A stretch of DNA of 64,000 bases from Candidatus Atelocyanobacterium thalassae (GCA_051971635.1 JBFPLN010000006.1:32001-96000); one strand, 5' to 3'; shown: positions 31,419 to 41,940, counted from the stretch's first letter. Notes: generated by a model from the sequence alone, not told the origin. Numbers and translations are program-made.

Positions 31419-32867
31419 ATGTTAGTAATTTATAACACTTTAACCCAAGCGAAAGAACCTTTTATAACTCTTGAAAAGGCAAAAGTAAAGATGTATTGTT
31501 GTGGCATTACTACCTATGACTACTGCCACCTAGGTCATGCTAGAACCTGTATTATTTGGGATATAGTAAGAGGATATTTACAATGGATTGGCTATAAAGT
31601 TAAATATGTTCAAAACTTCACAGATGTAGACGATAAAATATTGAATCGCGCAGCAAAAGAGAAAACAACAATGGAAAAGGTCTCAGAGAAGTTTATTCAT
31701 GCCTATTTCGAAGATATGGAACATCTTCATGTTCAAAAGGCTGATGCTTATCCTCGAGTGACTCATGTAGTTAAAGATATCCAAGACTTGATCAAGAAAC
31801 TAGAGGAAAACGGATACGCGTACACTTCAGAAGGAGATGTTTACTTTGATATTAGAAGTTTTGAAGATTATGGTAAGTTATCAGGGCGCAAATTAGAAGA
31901 TCTAAAAACAGATGCCAGCGGTAGAATCTCTTCGAAAAACGTCCAAGGTGGTACAAAAAGACACTCTGCCGATTTTGCAGTGTGGAAAAAAGCTAAACCA
32001 ACAGAAATATCCTGGGATTCTCCATGGGGAAAAGGTAGACCTGGATGGCATATAGAATGTTCTGCCATGATTAAAAAAGAGTTAGGAGAAACTATTGATC
32101 TTCATGTAGGGGGTAGTGATTTAGTTTTCCCTCATCATGAAAATGAAATTGCCCAATCGGAAGCAGCTACAGGGAAAGAATTATCTCGTTATTGGCTGCA
32201 CAATGGAATGGTAAAGGTAGATGGAGAAAAGATGTCAAAATCTTTAGGTAACTTTACCACAATAAGAGAATTACTTAATAAATTTGAACCTATGGTAATA
32301 AGGCTATTTATTTTGCAAACACATTACCGTAAACCTTTAGATTTTAGTGATAAGTCGTTAGTCTCCGCAACCAATAGCTGGCAAACTTTGGCAGATGGAC
32401 TTTCATTTGGATATCAATATGGCGAAAAATTAGGTTTTAAAAAGAACTCTTTTCCAGATGTATTACCTGATTTGGCTCAGAGATTTCAAAAAGCAATAGA
32501 TGATGATTTTAATTTTGCTGGTGGATTAGTAATCTTATTTGAAATTGCTAAAAATTTACGTAAAGAAAGTAATCTATTGACTCACACAGGCAATACTACA
32601 TCATCTTCTAAGTTTTTAGAAGAACAATGGTATACTCTAAAGAAATTAGCAGAAGTTTTAGGATTAGAAGTTGATCAAAACATTGTAAACACGAGCTTAT
32701 CCAAAAAACTAACTGATGAAGAAATTAATGAATTAATTGAGAAACGTAAAATAGCTAAGAATGCTAAACAATATGTAGAAAGCGATCTAATTAGAGATAA
32801 ATTAAAGCAGCATAATATTACTTTATTAGATATGTCAGATGGATCAACTACATGGCATTATAACTAA
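31419..32867 (+). CDS. cysS: cysteinyl-tRNA synthetase
   Basis: YCCG..HLGHAR, GRPGWHIECSAM, FPHHENE and KMSKS. Confidence 0.98.
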   Translation: MLVIYNTLTQAKEPFITLEKAKVKMYCCGITTYDYCHLGHARTCIIWDIVRGYLQWIGYKVKYVQNFTDVDDKILNRAAKEKTTMEKVSEKFIHAYFEDMEHLHVQKADAYPRVTHVVKDIQDLIKKLEENGYAYTSEGDVYFDIRSFEDYGKLSGRKLEDLKTDASGRISSKNVQGGTKRHSADFAVWKKAKPTEISWDSPWGKGRPGWHIECSAMIKKELGETIDLHVGGSDLVFPHHENEIAQSEAATGKELSRYWLHNGMVKVDGEKMSKSLGNFTTIRELLNKFEPMVIRLFILQTHYRKPLDFSDKSLVSATNSWQTLADGLSFGYQYGEKLGFKKNSFPDVLPDLAQRFQKAIDDDFNFAGGLVILFEIAKNLRKESNLLTHTGNTTSSSKFLEEQWYTLKKLAEVLGLEVDQNIVNTSLSKKLTDEEINELIEKRKIAKNAKQYVESDLIRDKLKQHNITLLDMSDGSTTWHYN

Positions 32868-32902
32868 TGTTTAAATATTAATTTACCAGAACTAAATATA
32901 TG

Positions 32903-34195
32903 CTATTCATTTAGTAAAGCTTCCACAAATTCATAGCTAGAAAAAGGTTTCAAATCTCGAATATCTTCTCCTACTCCAATGAAACGGATTGGTAAACCAA
33001 ATTGCTGTGCTATAGCTAGTGCGATTCCACCTTTCGAACTTCCATCAAGTTTTGTTAAAATAACCCCGCTTAAATTAGCAGCCTTTGAGAAGAGTTCTGT
33101 TTGACGTAATCCATTTTGGCCTAAAGTTGCATCAATAACTAATAAGGATTCAATATGAGCATTTTTAGCTTTTTTGTCAATAACGCGTCTAATTTTGGCC
33201 AACTCTTCCATTAAATTAGTCTTGTTTTGTAACCTGCCTGCAGTATCGACTAATAGTAATTTAATATTACGAGCCTCTGCTGCTACCAATCCATCGTAAA
33301 CGACAGCTGCTGGATCAGTATTTTTACCTGGATTAGCAATAACAGGAGTATTAGTTTTTTCTCCCCACAACTTCACCTGCTCAACAGCAGCAGCCCTAAA
33401 AGTGTCAGCTGCTGCGATAATACAACTATGCCCTAACTGTTGAGCTAAGTATGCAAGTTTTCCAACTGTTGTTGTTTTACCTGCACCATTAACTCCTGTC
33501 AATAACCAAATATTTAAAACGTCTTCTTTAATTAAAAGCTCTGGGTTGTCTACTTTCTGTAAAGGAGAATTTAAGATGTCATATAAGATGTTTTTTAGGT
33601 ATTCAATTGCCTTTTCTGGAGGTAAAGATTCTTCCAATAATTTACTTTGTAGTTTTGTAATAATATAATCTGTCGCATCAATTCCTATATCTGCCTGTAA
33701 CAATATAGCTTCTATTTCCGTAATAGTATCTTCATTTAAAGGACCCTGACCTAAAACAAGCTTTAATTGATTTAGTAATCCACGACGAGTTTTACCTAAA
33801 CCTTTATGAAGACGTGTCAGCCATTGAATCTCATCTTTTGTTATATCTTCTGGATTCCTTCCCTGATTCGCCAAAACTTTAGCAGACCAAACAAATTCTT
33901 TGTCAAAATTTATAGAGGTTTTATCATTGTCAGTTTTTAATTCGGTAGCATTTTCTTTAAGAATCTCCAAACGATTGGATTTCTTCATCCATGTAGGAAT
34001 ATTCTCTTTTTGTGATTTATCTGAATTATTAGAAGAGTCAATAATTTCTATGTTATTTACTTGTGAAGTATCTGATTGATCTATTATCTTTTTCTCTTGG
34101 ATATTTTTATAAGCTTTTTGTGCCCAAGATATGTAATATTCTTGAGATATATCTTTATCTTCAGAATGAGGTTGATTATTAGGCCAATTAGACAT
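32903..34195 (-). CDS. ftsY: signal recognition particle receptor FtsY
   Basis: GVNGAGKTTT, DTFRAAA, DTAGRLQ and TKLDGSSKGG. Confidence 0.96.
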   Translation of the reverse strand: MSNWPNNQPHSEDKDISQEYYISWAQKAYKNIQEKKIIDQSDTSQVNNIEIIDSSNNSDKSQKENIPTWMKKSNRLEILKENATELKTDNDKTSINFDKEFVWSAKVLANQGRNPEDITKDEIQWLTRLHKGLGKTRRGLLNQLKLVLGQGPLNEDTITEIEAILLQADIGIDATDYIITKLQSKLLEESLPPEKAIEYLKNILYDILNSPLQKVDNPELLIKEDVLNIWLLTGVNGAGKTTTVGKLAYLAQQLGHSCIIAAADTFRAAAVEQVKLWGEKTNTPVIANPGKNTDPAAVVYDGLVAAEARNIKLLLVDTAGRLQNKTNLMEELAKIRRVIDKKAKNAHIESLLVIDATLGQNGLRQTELFSKAANLSGVILTKLDGSSKGGIALAIAQQFGLPIRFIGVGEDIRDLKPFSSYEFVEALLNE

Positions 34196-34441
34196 AGTGT
34201 AAAGATTATATCGGTATTAGTATAGTAACTTATTAAGTATATTTAATTATAGTTATTAAGGAAATTAAACAACAATATGATGATTATTATATTTAATTTA
34301 TTTATAAAAAGAACTAATTTGTAAAGTTATTTCTTCTAGATTTTGTAAACTTGAGATCAAAAAATAATAGTCAAGTTATACATATATATATAAATAGTTT
34401 AGTTTTTAAAATTATACAGAGTAGTTATATTAAAAAATAAA

Positions 34442-34450
34442 TGGTATTAT
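34442..34450 (+). promoter_or_regulatory. putative extended -10 promoter of rpsO
   Basis: TG-g-TATTAT 32 nt before the ATG; weak evidence in AT-rich DNA. Confidence 0.35.
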
Positions 34451-34482
34451 AAGAAGCTGCAGTATTTATCAAACAATTTTTT

Positions 34483-34752
34483 ATGAGTTTGACCCCTATC
34501 CAAAAGCAAACCTTGATGAGTGCATATCAGATTCATGACACCGATACAGGATCGGCTGATTTGCAAGTTGCCATACTTACAGAACGAATTGTCCAATTAA
34601 CTGGTCATTTAAAGAAAAATCCAAAAGATCATGCATCACGTAGAGGATTACTAAAAATGATTGGTCGTCGTAGACGTTTGTTAGCATATATTAAAGACAA
34701 ATCCTTAAACCGTTATCAAGATTTAATTAAACGTCTTGGTATTCGACGTTAA
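34483..34752 (+). CDS. rpsO: 30S ribosomal protein S15
   Basis: [13 protein letters not shown] and [22 protein letters not shown]. Confidence 0.98.
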   Translation: MSLTPIQKQTLMSAYQIHDTDTGSADLQVAILTERIVQLTGHLKKNPKDHASRRGLLKMIGRRRRLLAYIKDKSLNRYQDLIKRLGIRR

Positions 34753-34822
34753 TGTATATTCTGCTATTGTTAAAATTTGACTATAAACTAAATAATAGTA
34801 AAAATAAAAGAATTACTTAGAC

Positions 34823-34858
34823 TAAGCTACAAAGGTTAAAAATTATCTTTGTAGCTTA
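34823..34858. terminator. 12-bp perfect inverted repeat between convergent rpsO and chlG
   Basis: taagctacaaag-12nt-ctttgtagctta. Confidence 0.75.
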
Positions 34859-34981
34859 AATTCAAAAAGTAGATTTTTAAAATCTTCTATACTCCTAATC
34901 ATTGAATGATTAGTCTTGCTTTAGTTTGACTTTATATCAATAAAATATATAAGTCTATTAAAAAACACATTTAATCTATAG

Positions 34982-35962
34982 TTATATAACTTGTCTACCT
35001 AGTGCTAAACCAACTACTAGCATTCCCAAAACTAGAAACGGTTGAGCAATAGCTTGGTATTTCACATCATTTTTTAATGGATCTCGTAAAAAATACATAT
35101 CTTGTAATGTTATTTGTGGAATAACTAATAAAAACAGAATTGTTGCGTATAAATTTTCATGGATGTAAATTAAATAGAGACCAATTCCTATTTGAAATAT
35201 ATCAATCATCATGACACAAATCCATGATGCAATCGTCACTCCAAACATAACAGGCATAGAATTTAATCCTAATTTAGAGTCTCCTTCGATGCTTTTGAAA
35301 TCATTAATAATAGCAATGCCTAGACCTGAAAAACTATAAAACAAGGTTAAAATAACAATTGTATAGTTTAATTCTCCAAATAAAGCATGACCTGCCCACC
35401 AAGGTAAAGCTATATAACTAGCTCCAAGCGCATAATTACCTAACCAACCATTCTTTTTTAACTTTAACGGAGGAGCTGAGTATATATAAGATATAAATGC
35501 TCCTCCTAATGTTAAACATAACATTGTTGGAAAACTATGATGACTCCAAATATCTAGCCCATAACTCAATAGTATTCCTAAAGTTAGTAGAATTAAAATT
35601 TGTGCTACTACTTGAGATACTGAAATTGCTCCCGAAGGAATAGGACGATAAGGTTCATTAATAGCATCAATTTCACGGTCATAAAAATCGTTGAGAGTTT
35701 GCGTGTAGCCTGTCATTAAAGGTCCTGATAATATCATACAAGCTATAACTTTTACAAAATCTTCTATTGTCCAAAAGTAGCCTCCTGAAGACGCAGCTCC
35801 ACATATTACTCCCCAGATCAAAGGCACCCAAGTAATAGGTTTTGTTAATTGTAATCTCAACTTCCAAATTGATTTTTTTTCATTAATTCCCCCTTTCATT
35901 CCTAACAATTGACGAGTTTGATTATTTGTTTTGTTAGTATCAAGATTTGTAGAAGCAGACAT
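34982..35962 (-). CDS. chlG: chlorophyll synthase
   Basis: RQLLGMKG, KPITWVPLIWG, NDFYDREIDAINEPYRPIPSG and NDFKSIEGD. Confidence 0.97.
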   Translation of the reverse strand: MSASTNLDTNKTNNQTRQLLGMKGGINEKKSIWKLRLQLTKPITWVPLIWGVICGAASSGGYFWTIEDFVKVIACMILSGPLMTGYTQTLNDFYDREIDAINEPYRPIPSGAISVSQVVAQILILLTLGILLSYGLDIWSHHSFPTMLCLTLGGAFISYIYSAPPLKLKKNGWLGNYALGASYIALPWWAGHALFGELNYTIVILTLFYSFSGLGIAIINDFKSIEGDSKLGLNSMPVMFGVTIASWICVMMIDIFQIGIGLYLIYIHENLYATILFLLVIPQITLQDMYFLRDPLKNDVKYQAIAQPFLVLGMLVVGLALGRQVI

Positions 35963-36163
35963 AAGCTAAATTTAATAAATGTAGTTTACAAGATTAAAAT
36001 ATCTATTATGTAAATTCATAATTAGAAATCTTTTGGTGATAATTACTCACAATACATATGAGTAGACAAACTTTTTTCAAGATAATAGTAATGTGAAGGT
36101 TGTCAATATAAAATGATTTTTTATTGATACATTATTTTAGATACTCAAGACTACAGCAGTACC

Positions 36164-37408
36164 TCATTTCTTTTTAGGATCATATTGTATAGTTTTTGAA
36201 ATTGCAGATAATTGTAAATAACTCGGATATTCACCATTCTCTTTAATGTACTTGATCTCATCATCAGAAATCGGTAAATTATTATGAGAAGCAATTTTTT
36301 TAACGACATCCCCTCGGTCAATTATTCCTACAACAGAACCAGCTGGAGAAAGAACGGTAATATAATATTCTTCACTTTCTTCCAACTTGTCAATAACTTC
36401 GATCAGTAGAGATTTTTCTTCTACTGAAGATATAGCATTCAAAGGACGTACTATATCTCTTAATAAATAATCTGAATTATTATTATGCTCAAATTTTTTT
36501 AAATCTTTATTCAAAAGCAATCCTCGATAACGCCCTTCCGAAGCAGCAAAATATGCTATTCCATGGGGTTTTTGATCATGGTATTTATTAATAAATTCAG
36601 ACAAAGCTAGATTAGCGTTTACAACACGAAAATTGTTAGTCATAACATCTGAAGCCGTGATTTCGAAGAAACTCTTCTGCAACTGAGAGATACGACCATA
36701 ATTATTTGCATTGCGTAAAATAAACCATCCAACAATTACTATCCAGAAACCACCCAGAGATCCTGTTAATAAAATTATAAACGAACCTAGCATTATACCT
36801 AGCCATCCTATTACCCTGCCACATATAGACGCAAAACGAACTCCAATAAAGTAATCATCTTTTAGTTTCCATACAATGGCTTTAACAATTTGTCCTCCAT
36901 CTAAGGGTAATCCTGGAATTAAGTTAAAAATCCCTAATACAAAATTCATCCTTGCTATATTTTCTAGTACGTAAAATGACAAAGGATACAACAGACTAGC
37001 TTCCTGGCTTGAAAAAATAATATGTTTAAGAGTAAATAAAAGAATTGATAAACTTAGGCTAACTAAAGGGCCAGCAATAGCTATCAAAAACGCCTCAGTA
37101 GGTTTTTCTGATTCTTTTTCTATAATTGCAACTCCACCAAATAAAAATAATGTAATAGATTTAACATTAATTCCTTGAGAATAAGCAACTAAGCTATGAC
37201 CTAGTTCATGAGATAAAACTGAAATAAATAAAAATAAGGAAAGAAATAATCCTGCTAACCATTCCAGCCACCATGAATTACCAGCCAGTCCCCGAATATT
37301 AATCTCTTGTACATTAGATAAAGTAATTAATCCTAGAATTAAAAACCAAGAAGAATTGATATAAAAAGGAATGCCTAATAAGGAGCCGATTTTCCATTTT
37401 CCATCCAT
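36164..37408 (-). CDS. site-2 protease (M50) with CBS domains
   Basis: HELGH, IAIAGPLVS and FNLIPGLPLDGG; C-terminal CBS pair. Confidence 0.93.
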   Translation of the reverse strand: MDGKWKIGSLLGIPFYINSSWFLILGLITLSNVQEINIRGLAGNSWWLEWLAGLFLSLFLFISVLSHELGHSLVAYSQGINVKSITLFLFGGVAIIEKESEKPTEAFLIAIAGPLVSLSLSILLFTLKHIIFSSQEASLLYPLSFYVLENIARMNFVLGIFNLIPGLPLDGGQIVKAIVWKLKDDYFIGVRFASICGRVIGWLGIMLGSFIILLTGSLGGFWIVIVGWFILRNANNYGRISQLQKSFFEITASDVMTNNFRVVNANLALSEFINKYHDQKPHGIAYFAASEGRYRGLLLNKDLKKFEHNNNSDYLLRDIVRPLNAISSVEEKSLLIEVIDKLEESEEYYITVLSPAGSVVGIIDRGDVVKKIASHNNLPISDDEIKYIKENGEYPSYLQLSAISKTIQYDPKKK

Positions 37409-37750
37409 GATTTAGAAGGTGTAAGAATTGATTTTTTATTGATATCTAAGTAGATAGTTTTACTATACCGAATGTTGAAACAGAGTTCATTATTTAGTCT
37501 TTGAATAAAATATTTAAAATATTTGTTAACACTTGCAAATTTCGACTTAGATTCTATTATTATAAAAGTTATATACAAAAAATGTAGTAACTATTAATTT
37601 AAATATAACCAAATAACTAACATAAACTAGTTCTAAAATTGTTGAAAGGCAAGTATCAATATTTTTATTCCGTTTCATCTTAAATAACAAGGAATCAGAA
37701 TCCTTCAACTGAAAAACTTGTTGTGTATAATTTTCTTAAGTAAGATAAAG

Positions 37751-37776
37751 AAAAAAGTTGATTTATCAACTTTTTT
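37751..37776. repeat. 12-bp perfect inverted repeat upstream of the IsiA-like gene
   Basis: aaaaaagttgat-tt-atcaactttttt. Confidence 0.6.
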
Positions 37777-37791
37777 GTACACTAAAAATTA

Positions 37792-37825
37792 AATTAATAT
37801 TTTGATAAATATCAAAACATTAATT
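37792..37825. promoter_or_regulatory. 16-bp inverted repeat with TGATA/TATCA core, candidate (Fur-like) operator
   Basis: aattaatattttgata-aa-tatcaaaacattaatt, 1 mismatch, about 105 nt upstream of the start; function inferred. Confidence 0.4.
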
Positions 37826-37930
37826 AATGTAACCATGTGGTGATGCAAATTAAGCTTAATATAGTTTATTTATTATTAATATATTTATCAAATATATTAT
37901 CTTGATACATTATTCCAAAAGAGGTTAAAG

Positions 37931-38968
37931 ATGACAGGAATGCAAACGTATGGTAATCCAGACGTCAAATATGGTTGGTGGGCTGGAAATGCGCGCTTAG
38001 CTAATTTATCTGGTAAATGGCTTGCCGCACATATAGCCCATGCAGCGTTAATTGTATTTTGGGCAGGAGCATTTTGTCTATTCGAAGTGACGCATTATTC
38101 TGCTGATATTCCTATGGGAGAACAAAACTTGATCTTGATTCCTCATTTAGCTAGTTTAGGGATAGGTGTAGGTAAAGGTGGTCAAGTACTTAATACTTAT
38201 CCATATTTCATTATTGGCGTTGTACATTTAATTTCTTCAGCTGTTTTAGCTGCAGGAGGTCTTTTTCATTCACTAAAAGGACCAGCAGTCTTAAAAGATA
38301 GCTCTTATCGTGCTTCAAAATTTCATTTTGAATGGGATGATCCAGTTAAATTAGGATTTATTCTTGGTCATCATCTAATTATATTAGGTCTAGGCGCTTT
38401 TTTGCTCGTGTTCTGGTCTTACTCACATGGAATTTATGATCCAATAATTGGAGATGTAAGAACTGTTACTTCTCCCACACTTAATCCAATAACTATTTTT
38501 GGTTATCAAACTCATTTTATTGATACTAACTCTTTAGAAGATCTAGTTGGTGGACATATTTATATAGCTACCGCGCTCATTCTTGGTGGAGTATGGCATA
38601 TATTTACTGCTCCTTCAAAATGGTCTCAAAGTTTATTTATATTTTCTGGAGAAGCTTTGCTGTCCTACTCTTTAGGAGGCTTAGCTGTTTGTGGATTTAC
38701 AGCAGTAGCTTATTGCTATCATAATACATTAGCTTACCCTGTAGAATTTTATGGACCACCTTTAGATTTAAAATTTAGCATTGCTCCTTATTTTGTAGAT
38801 AGTGTGACGCTTCCAAATGGTTTACATAGCGCTCGTGCATGGCTGACTAATGCACATTTCTTTCTAGCCTTTTTTATTTTACAAGGTCATTTATGGCATG
38901 CTCTGAGAGCTATTGGGTTTAACTTTAAGCGTGTTCCCGAAGCCTCCAGGGCATTAGGTATTGATTAG
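37931..38968 (+). CDS. isiA: IsiA/Pcb-type chlorophyll-binding antenna (CP43-like, no large lumenal loop)
   Basis: [66 protein letters not shown] and [10 protein letters not shown]; 345 aa, shorter than PsbC. Confidence 0.85.
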   Translation: MTGMQTYGNPDVKYGWWAGNARLANLSGKWLAAHIAHAALIVFWAGAFCLFEVTHYSADIPMGEQNLILIPHLASLGIGVGKGGQVLNTYPYFIIGVVHLISSAVLAAGGLFHSLKGPAVLKDSSYRASKFHFEWDDPVKLGFILGHHLIILGLGAFLLVFWSYSHGIYDPIIGDVRTVTSPTLNPITIFGYQTHFIDTNSLEDLVGGHIYIATALILGGVWHIFTAPSKWSQSLFIFSGEALLSYSLGGLAVCGFTAVAYCYHNTLAYPVEFYGPPLDLKFSIAPYFVDSVTLPNGLHSARAWLTNAHFFLAFFILQGHLWHALRAIGFNFKRVPEASRALGID

Positions 38969-39001
38969 ATAGACATCAAATTTAGAAATTTATTAGAGTA
39001 T

Positions 39002-39053
39002 AGACTTGGGTTACATATAGTTAACTAAAATATATTATATGTAATTCAAGTCT
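39002..39053 (+). terminator. 19-bp stem-loop after isiA
   Basis: agacttgggttacatatag / ttatatgtaattcaagtct; all three mismatches are G-U on the + strand. Confidence 0.8.
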
Positions 39054-39370
39054 GATAAAAATGAGACTTCTATAAGACTAAGTAATTCTAGCTGAAAGCT
39101 AGATAGCATAGTTTGATACAAGATAAGATTTTCTTTGTTAATTCTGTAAAAAATTTTAGCAATATAATTCTCTATTTTATAAATAACCTGTTAAATTTAT
39201 AGAAACACAATTTCATATTAGCTAGTTTATTGAAATTACTTAAAAAGTACTCTTGTATAAGTGGTAAAAACTCTCTAGAAAAGTCCTTGGTACTAGATTT
39301 CTTTTTTATTAAATATTTTTGATGATAATTTCACAAACAGTCAATAACAAAATTCTTGTAGATAAAAAGT

Positions 39371-40162
39371 ATGAATTATTCAGTATTTACATCTCTTGTC
39401 CTTAGAATTATTGGTATAGTTTTTATACTTACATCTCTATTCCATTATATTTTCTTAATTGTTCCTCTAGGTTCAGATATACAATGGCAAAACACTTTAA
39501 TAAATTCAATTGTTGACCGAGGAACCTTACCATTAGCTGGTATAGGATTTATATTAGTCAGTTATTTTATTGACAATCTAGTTGATAAGTCAGTTAAGAA
39601 ACGATCACTATTTAACTTAGAGATACCAGTTTACATCCTAGCCAGTGTTTTAGGACTTATCTTTTTATTAATAATTCCTGTACATCTAAATAACCAAAAC
39701 ACCATTAAAGTAGCAGCCTTAAAAAGAATTGAGCAAGGAGCTGTTCAAGGAGCCGAGCAAATCGAGCAATTCCTTATTCAAGTTGATACCTTATCAAAAA
39801 ATCCTAATAGGCTTAACGATCAGATAATAAGTCTTAATAATATATTAGAAGCTAGGCAAATTGAGGGAAAGCCTTTAGAGACAGAGCAGTTAGAGACTAT
39901 ACGACAACAATATCAGCAATTAAAAGGCTTAAGGGAATTAGCAAAAAATCCTGAAGAATATGAACAACGGACTAGTGAACTCAAAAAACAATTAGAAAGT
40001 CAATTAGAGCAAAATAGAGAAAAGGCTGAGAAACAGGCTACTAAACAGTCTGTTAAGCAAGACTTTAATATTGGTTTTAAAAGCTTAATATTAGCTATTG
40101 CTTATAACTTAATTGGTTGGATAGGCTTAAAGTCTACTATAAATAACTTTAAAAAAACGTAA
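39371..40162 (+). CDS. HpsJ-like membrane protein (exopolysaccharide-associated)
   Basis: Three TM helices with WQ...IVDRG.LPL.G, a coiled-coil region, then a C-terminal TM. Confidence 0.7.
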   Translation: MNYSVFTSLVLRIIGIVFILTSLFHYIFLIVPLGSDIQWQNTLINSIVDRGTLPLAGIGFILVSYFIDNLVDKSVKKRSLFNLEIPVYILASVLGLIFLLIIPVHLNNQNTIKVAALKRIEQGAVQGAEQIEQFLIQVDTLSKNPNRLNDQIISLNNILEARQIEGKPLETEQLETIRQQYQQLKGLRELAKNPEEYEQRTSELKKQLESQLEQNREKAEKQATKQSVKQDFNIGFKSLILAIAYNLIGWIGLKSTINNFKKT

Positions 40163-40192
40163 GCTTAAAATTTTCAAGTATTAAGTATAAAT

Positions 40193-40225
40193 AAAAAGTG
40201 AAAAGTAATGAACTTTTCACTTTTT
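40193..40225. terminator. 14-bp perfect inverted repeat between convergent HpsJ-like gene and fabI
   Basis: aaaaagtgaaaagt-aatga-acttttcacttttt. Confidence 0.8.
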
Positions 40226-40231
40226 GCCTTT

Positions 40232-41008
40232 TTACATTCCCATAATTGTATATCCAGCATCTACATAGACTATTTGCCCTGTAATGCCACTAGCTAGATT
40301 ACTACATAGAAAAGCAGCTGTATTACCTATCTCTAGCTGGGTTACTGTCCTTTTTAGAGGTGCAACTTTTTCTACATGATTGATCATGTCTAAGATGCCT
40401 CCTACTGCTGAAGATGCTAGTGTTCTGATTGGACCAGCTGAAATAGCATTAATTCGAATGTTCTGTGGGCCTAATTCATTTGCTAAATAACGAACACTCA
40501 TCTCTAGGCCAGCTTTAGCAATTCCCATTAAATTGTAATTAGGTATTACCTTAACTCCTCCTATGTAAGTTAAAGTCAATACACTACCTCCTTCATTCAT
40601 AATGGGCTTAGCATATTTGACCATATTACCTAACGAAAAGGTACTAATATCGAGGGATCGACTGAAAACATCACGAGACATATCACTATAATCTCCTCCT
40701 AAACCTTCTTTATCTGCAAATGCTAGGCAATGAATTAATATATCTAAATTTCCCCAACTATTTGCAATACAATCAAACGTTTTTTGAATTTGTAACTCAT
40801 CTTGAACATCACAAGGTAATATAAGGGAGGGACAAATAGGTTTAACTACATCACGAACTTTTTTCTCAAAGCGTCCTTTTTCATCAGGCAAATATGTAAC
40901 ACCAATATTAGCTCCAGCTTTGTGGAGTTGTTGAGCAATTCCCCAAGCAATAGAGCGATTATTTGCAATTCCTGAAATCAGAGCGTTTTTTCCAGATAGA
41001 TCTAACAT
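40232..41008 (-). CDS. fabI: enoyl-ACP reductase
   Basis: GIANNRSIAWGIA, PNYNLMGIAKAGLE and ISAGPIRTLAS. Confidence 0.97.
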   Translation of the reverse strand: MLDLSGKNALISGIANNRSIAWGIAQQLHKAGANIGVTYLPDEKGRFEKKVRDVVKPICPSLILPCDVQDELQIQKTFDCIANSWGNLDILIHCLAFADKEGLGGDYSDMSRDVFSRSLDISTFSLGNMVKYAKPIMNEGGSVLTLTYIGGVKVIPNYNLMGIAKAGLEMSVRYLANELGPQNIRINAISAGPIRTLASSAVGGILDMINHVEKVAPLKRTVTQLEIGNTAAFLCSNLASGITGQIVYVDAGYTIMGM

Positions 41009-41046
41009 AATTATCTAAATAATTAAACAAAGTTTTTCTTTAATAT

Positions 41047-41077
41047 GCCACCATTTTTGAACAATGGTGGCTATAAT
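41047..41077. promoter_or_regulatory. GC-rich 9-bp inverted repeat abutting TATAAT in the fabI/ntcA divergent region
   Basis: gccaccatt-7nt-aatggtggc followed directly by tataat (41072-41077). Confidence 0.45.
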
Positions 41078-41235
41078 CATTCACAGGGTAAGAGATGTGT
41101 TTATCCTGATAAAAACATTGTGAAGCAAAATGTAGCAAAAATCTCTGAAGATGCTTTAAATTAACATTTTTGTTCAGGATCAATATAATCTTAGATGTTT
41201 TAACACCCTTTGTCTTTTTAATGTTCTATTAAAGT

Positions 41236-41916
41236 GTGATTGAATTGTCTGTGCTACAAAATAAACCACTAACGGCTATTTTGCGTCATATTAATGGCGA
41301 GGCTTATTCTTCGAATATTGAGTTATTTGAACGAGGAAAAACTATTTTTTTCCCTGGTGATCCAGCAGACAAAATATATTTCTTACTTAAAGGGGCTGTT
41401 AAACTATCTCTTGTGTATGAAGCGGGAGACGAAATTACTGTAGCCTTATTGCGAGAAAATAGTGTTTTTGGGGTACTTTCTTTAATTGCAGGACAGAAGT
41501 CAGATCGTTTCTATCATGCTGTTGCTTTTTCTTCTGTAGAGCTATTATCTGCTCCAACCAATAAAGTAGAAGAGGCTTTAAGAACCAATTCTGATTTATC
41601 TATCTTAATGCTTAAAGGTTTATCATCTCGAATTCTACAAGCAGAAATGATGATTGAAACTCTTGCTCATCGCGATATGGGTTCACGCTTAGTCAGTTTC
41701 TTATTGATTTTATGTCGAGATTTTGGGATTCCTGTGTCTGAAGGTATTCATATCGATTTAAAACTATCTCATCAAGCAATTGCCGAAGCTATCGGCTCAA
41801 CTCGTGTAACCATAACCCGCCTTTTAGGAGATTTACGTCAACAGGGAATAATCTCTATTTATAAGAAAAAAATTACAGTCCATAATCCTGTTAATCTTAG
41901 TCAACAATTTTCTTAA
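41236..41916 (+). CDS. ntcA: global nitrogen regulator NtcA (CRP family)
   Basis: [54 protein letters not shown] and [19 protein letters not shown]; divergent from fabI as in other cyanobacteria. Confidence 0.97.
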   Translation: MIELSVLQNKPLTAILRHINGEAYSSNIELFERGKTIFFPGDPADKIYFLLKGAVKLSLVYEAGDEITVALLRENSVFGVLSLIAGQKSDRFYHAVAFSSVELLSAPTNKVEEALRTNSDLSILMLKGLSSRILQAEMMIETLAHRDMGSRLVSFLLILCRDFGIPVSEGIHIDLKLSHQAIAEAIGSTRVTITRLLGDLRQQGIISIYKKKITVHNPVNLSQQFS

Positions 41917-41940
41917 TATTGGTATTAATCTTAAAAGCGA

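Noticed and set aside
37931..38968. psbC (CP43 of PSII)
   Set aside because: Too short, lacks the large lumenal E-loop, and has no psbD overlap; fits IsiA/Pcb
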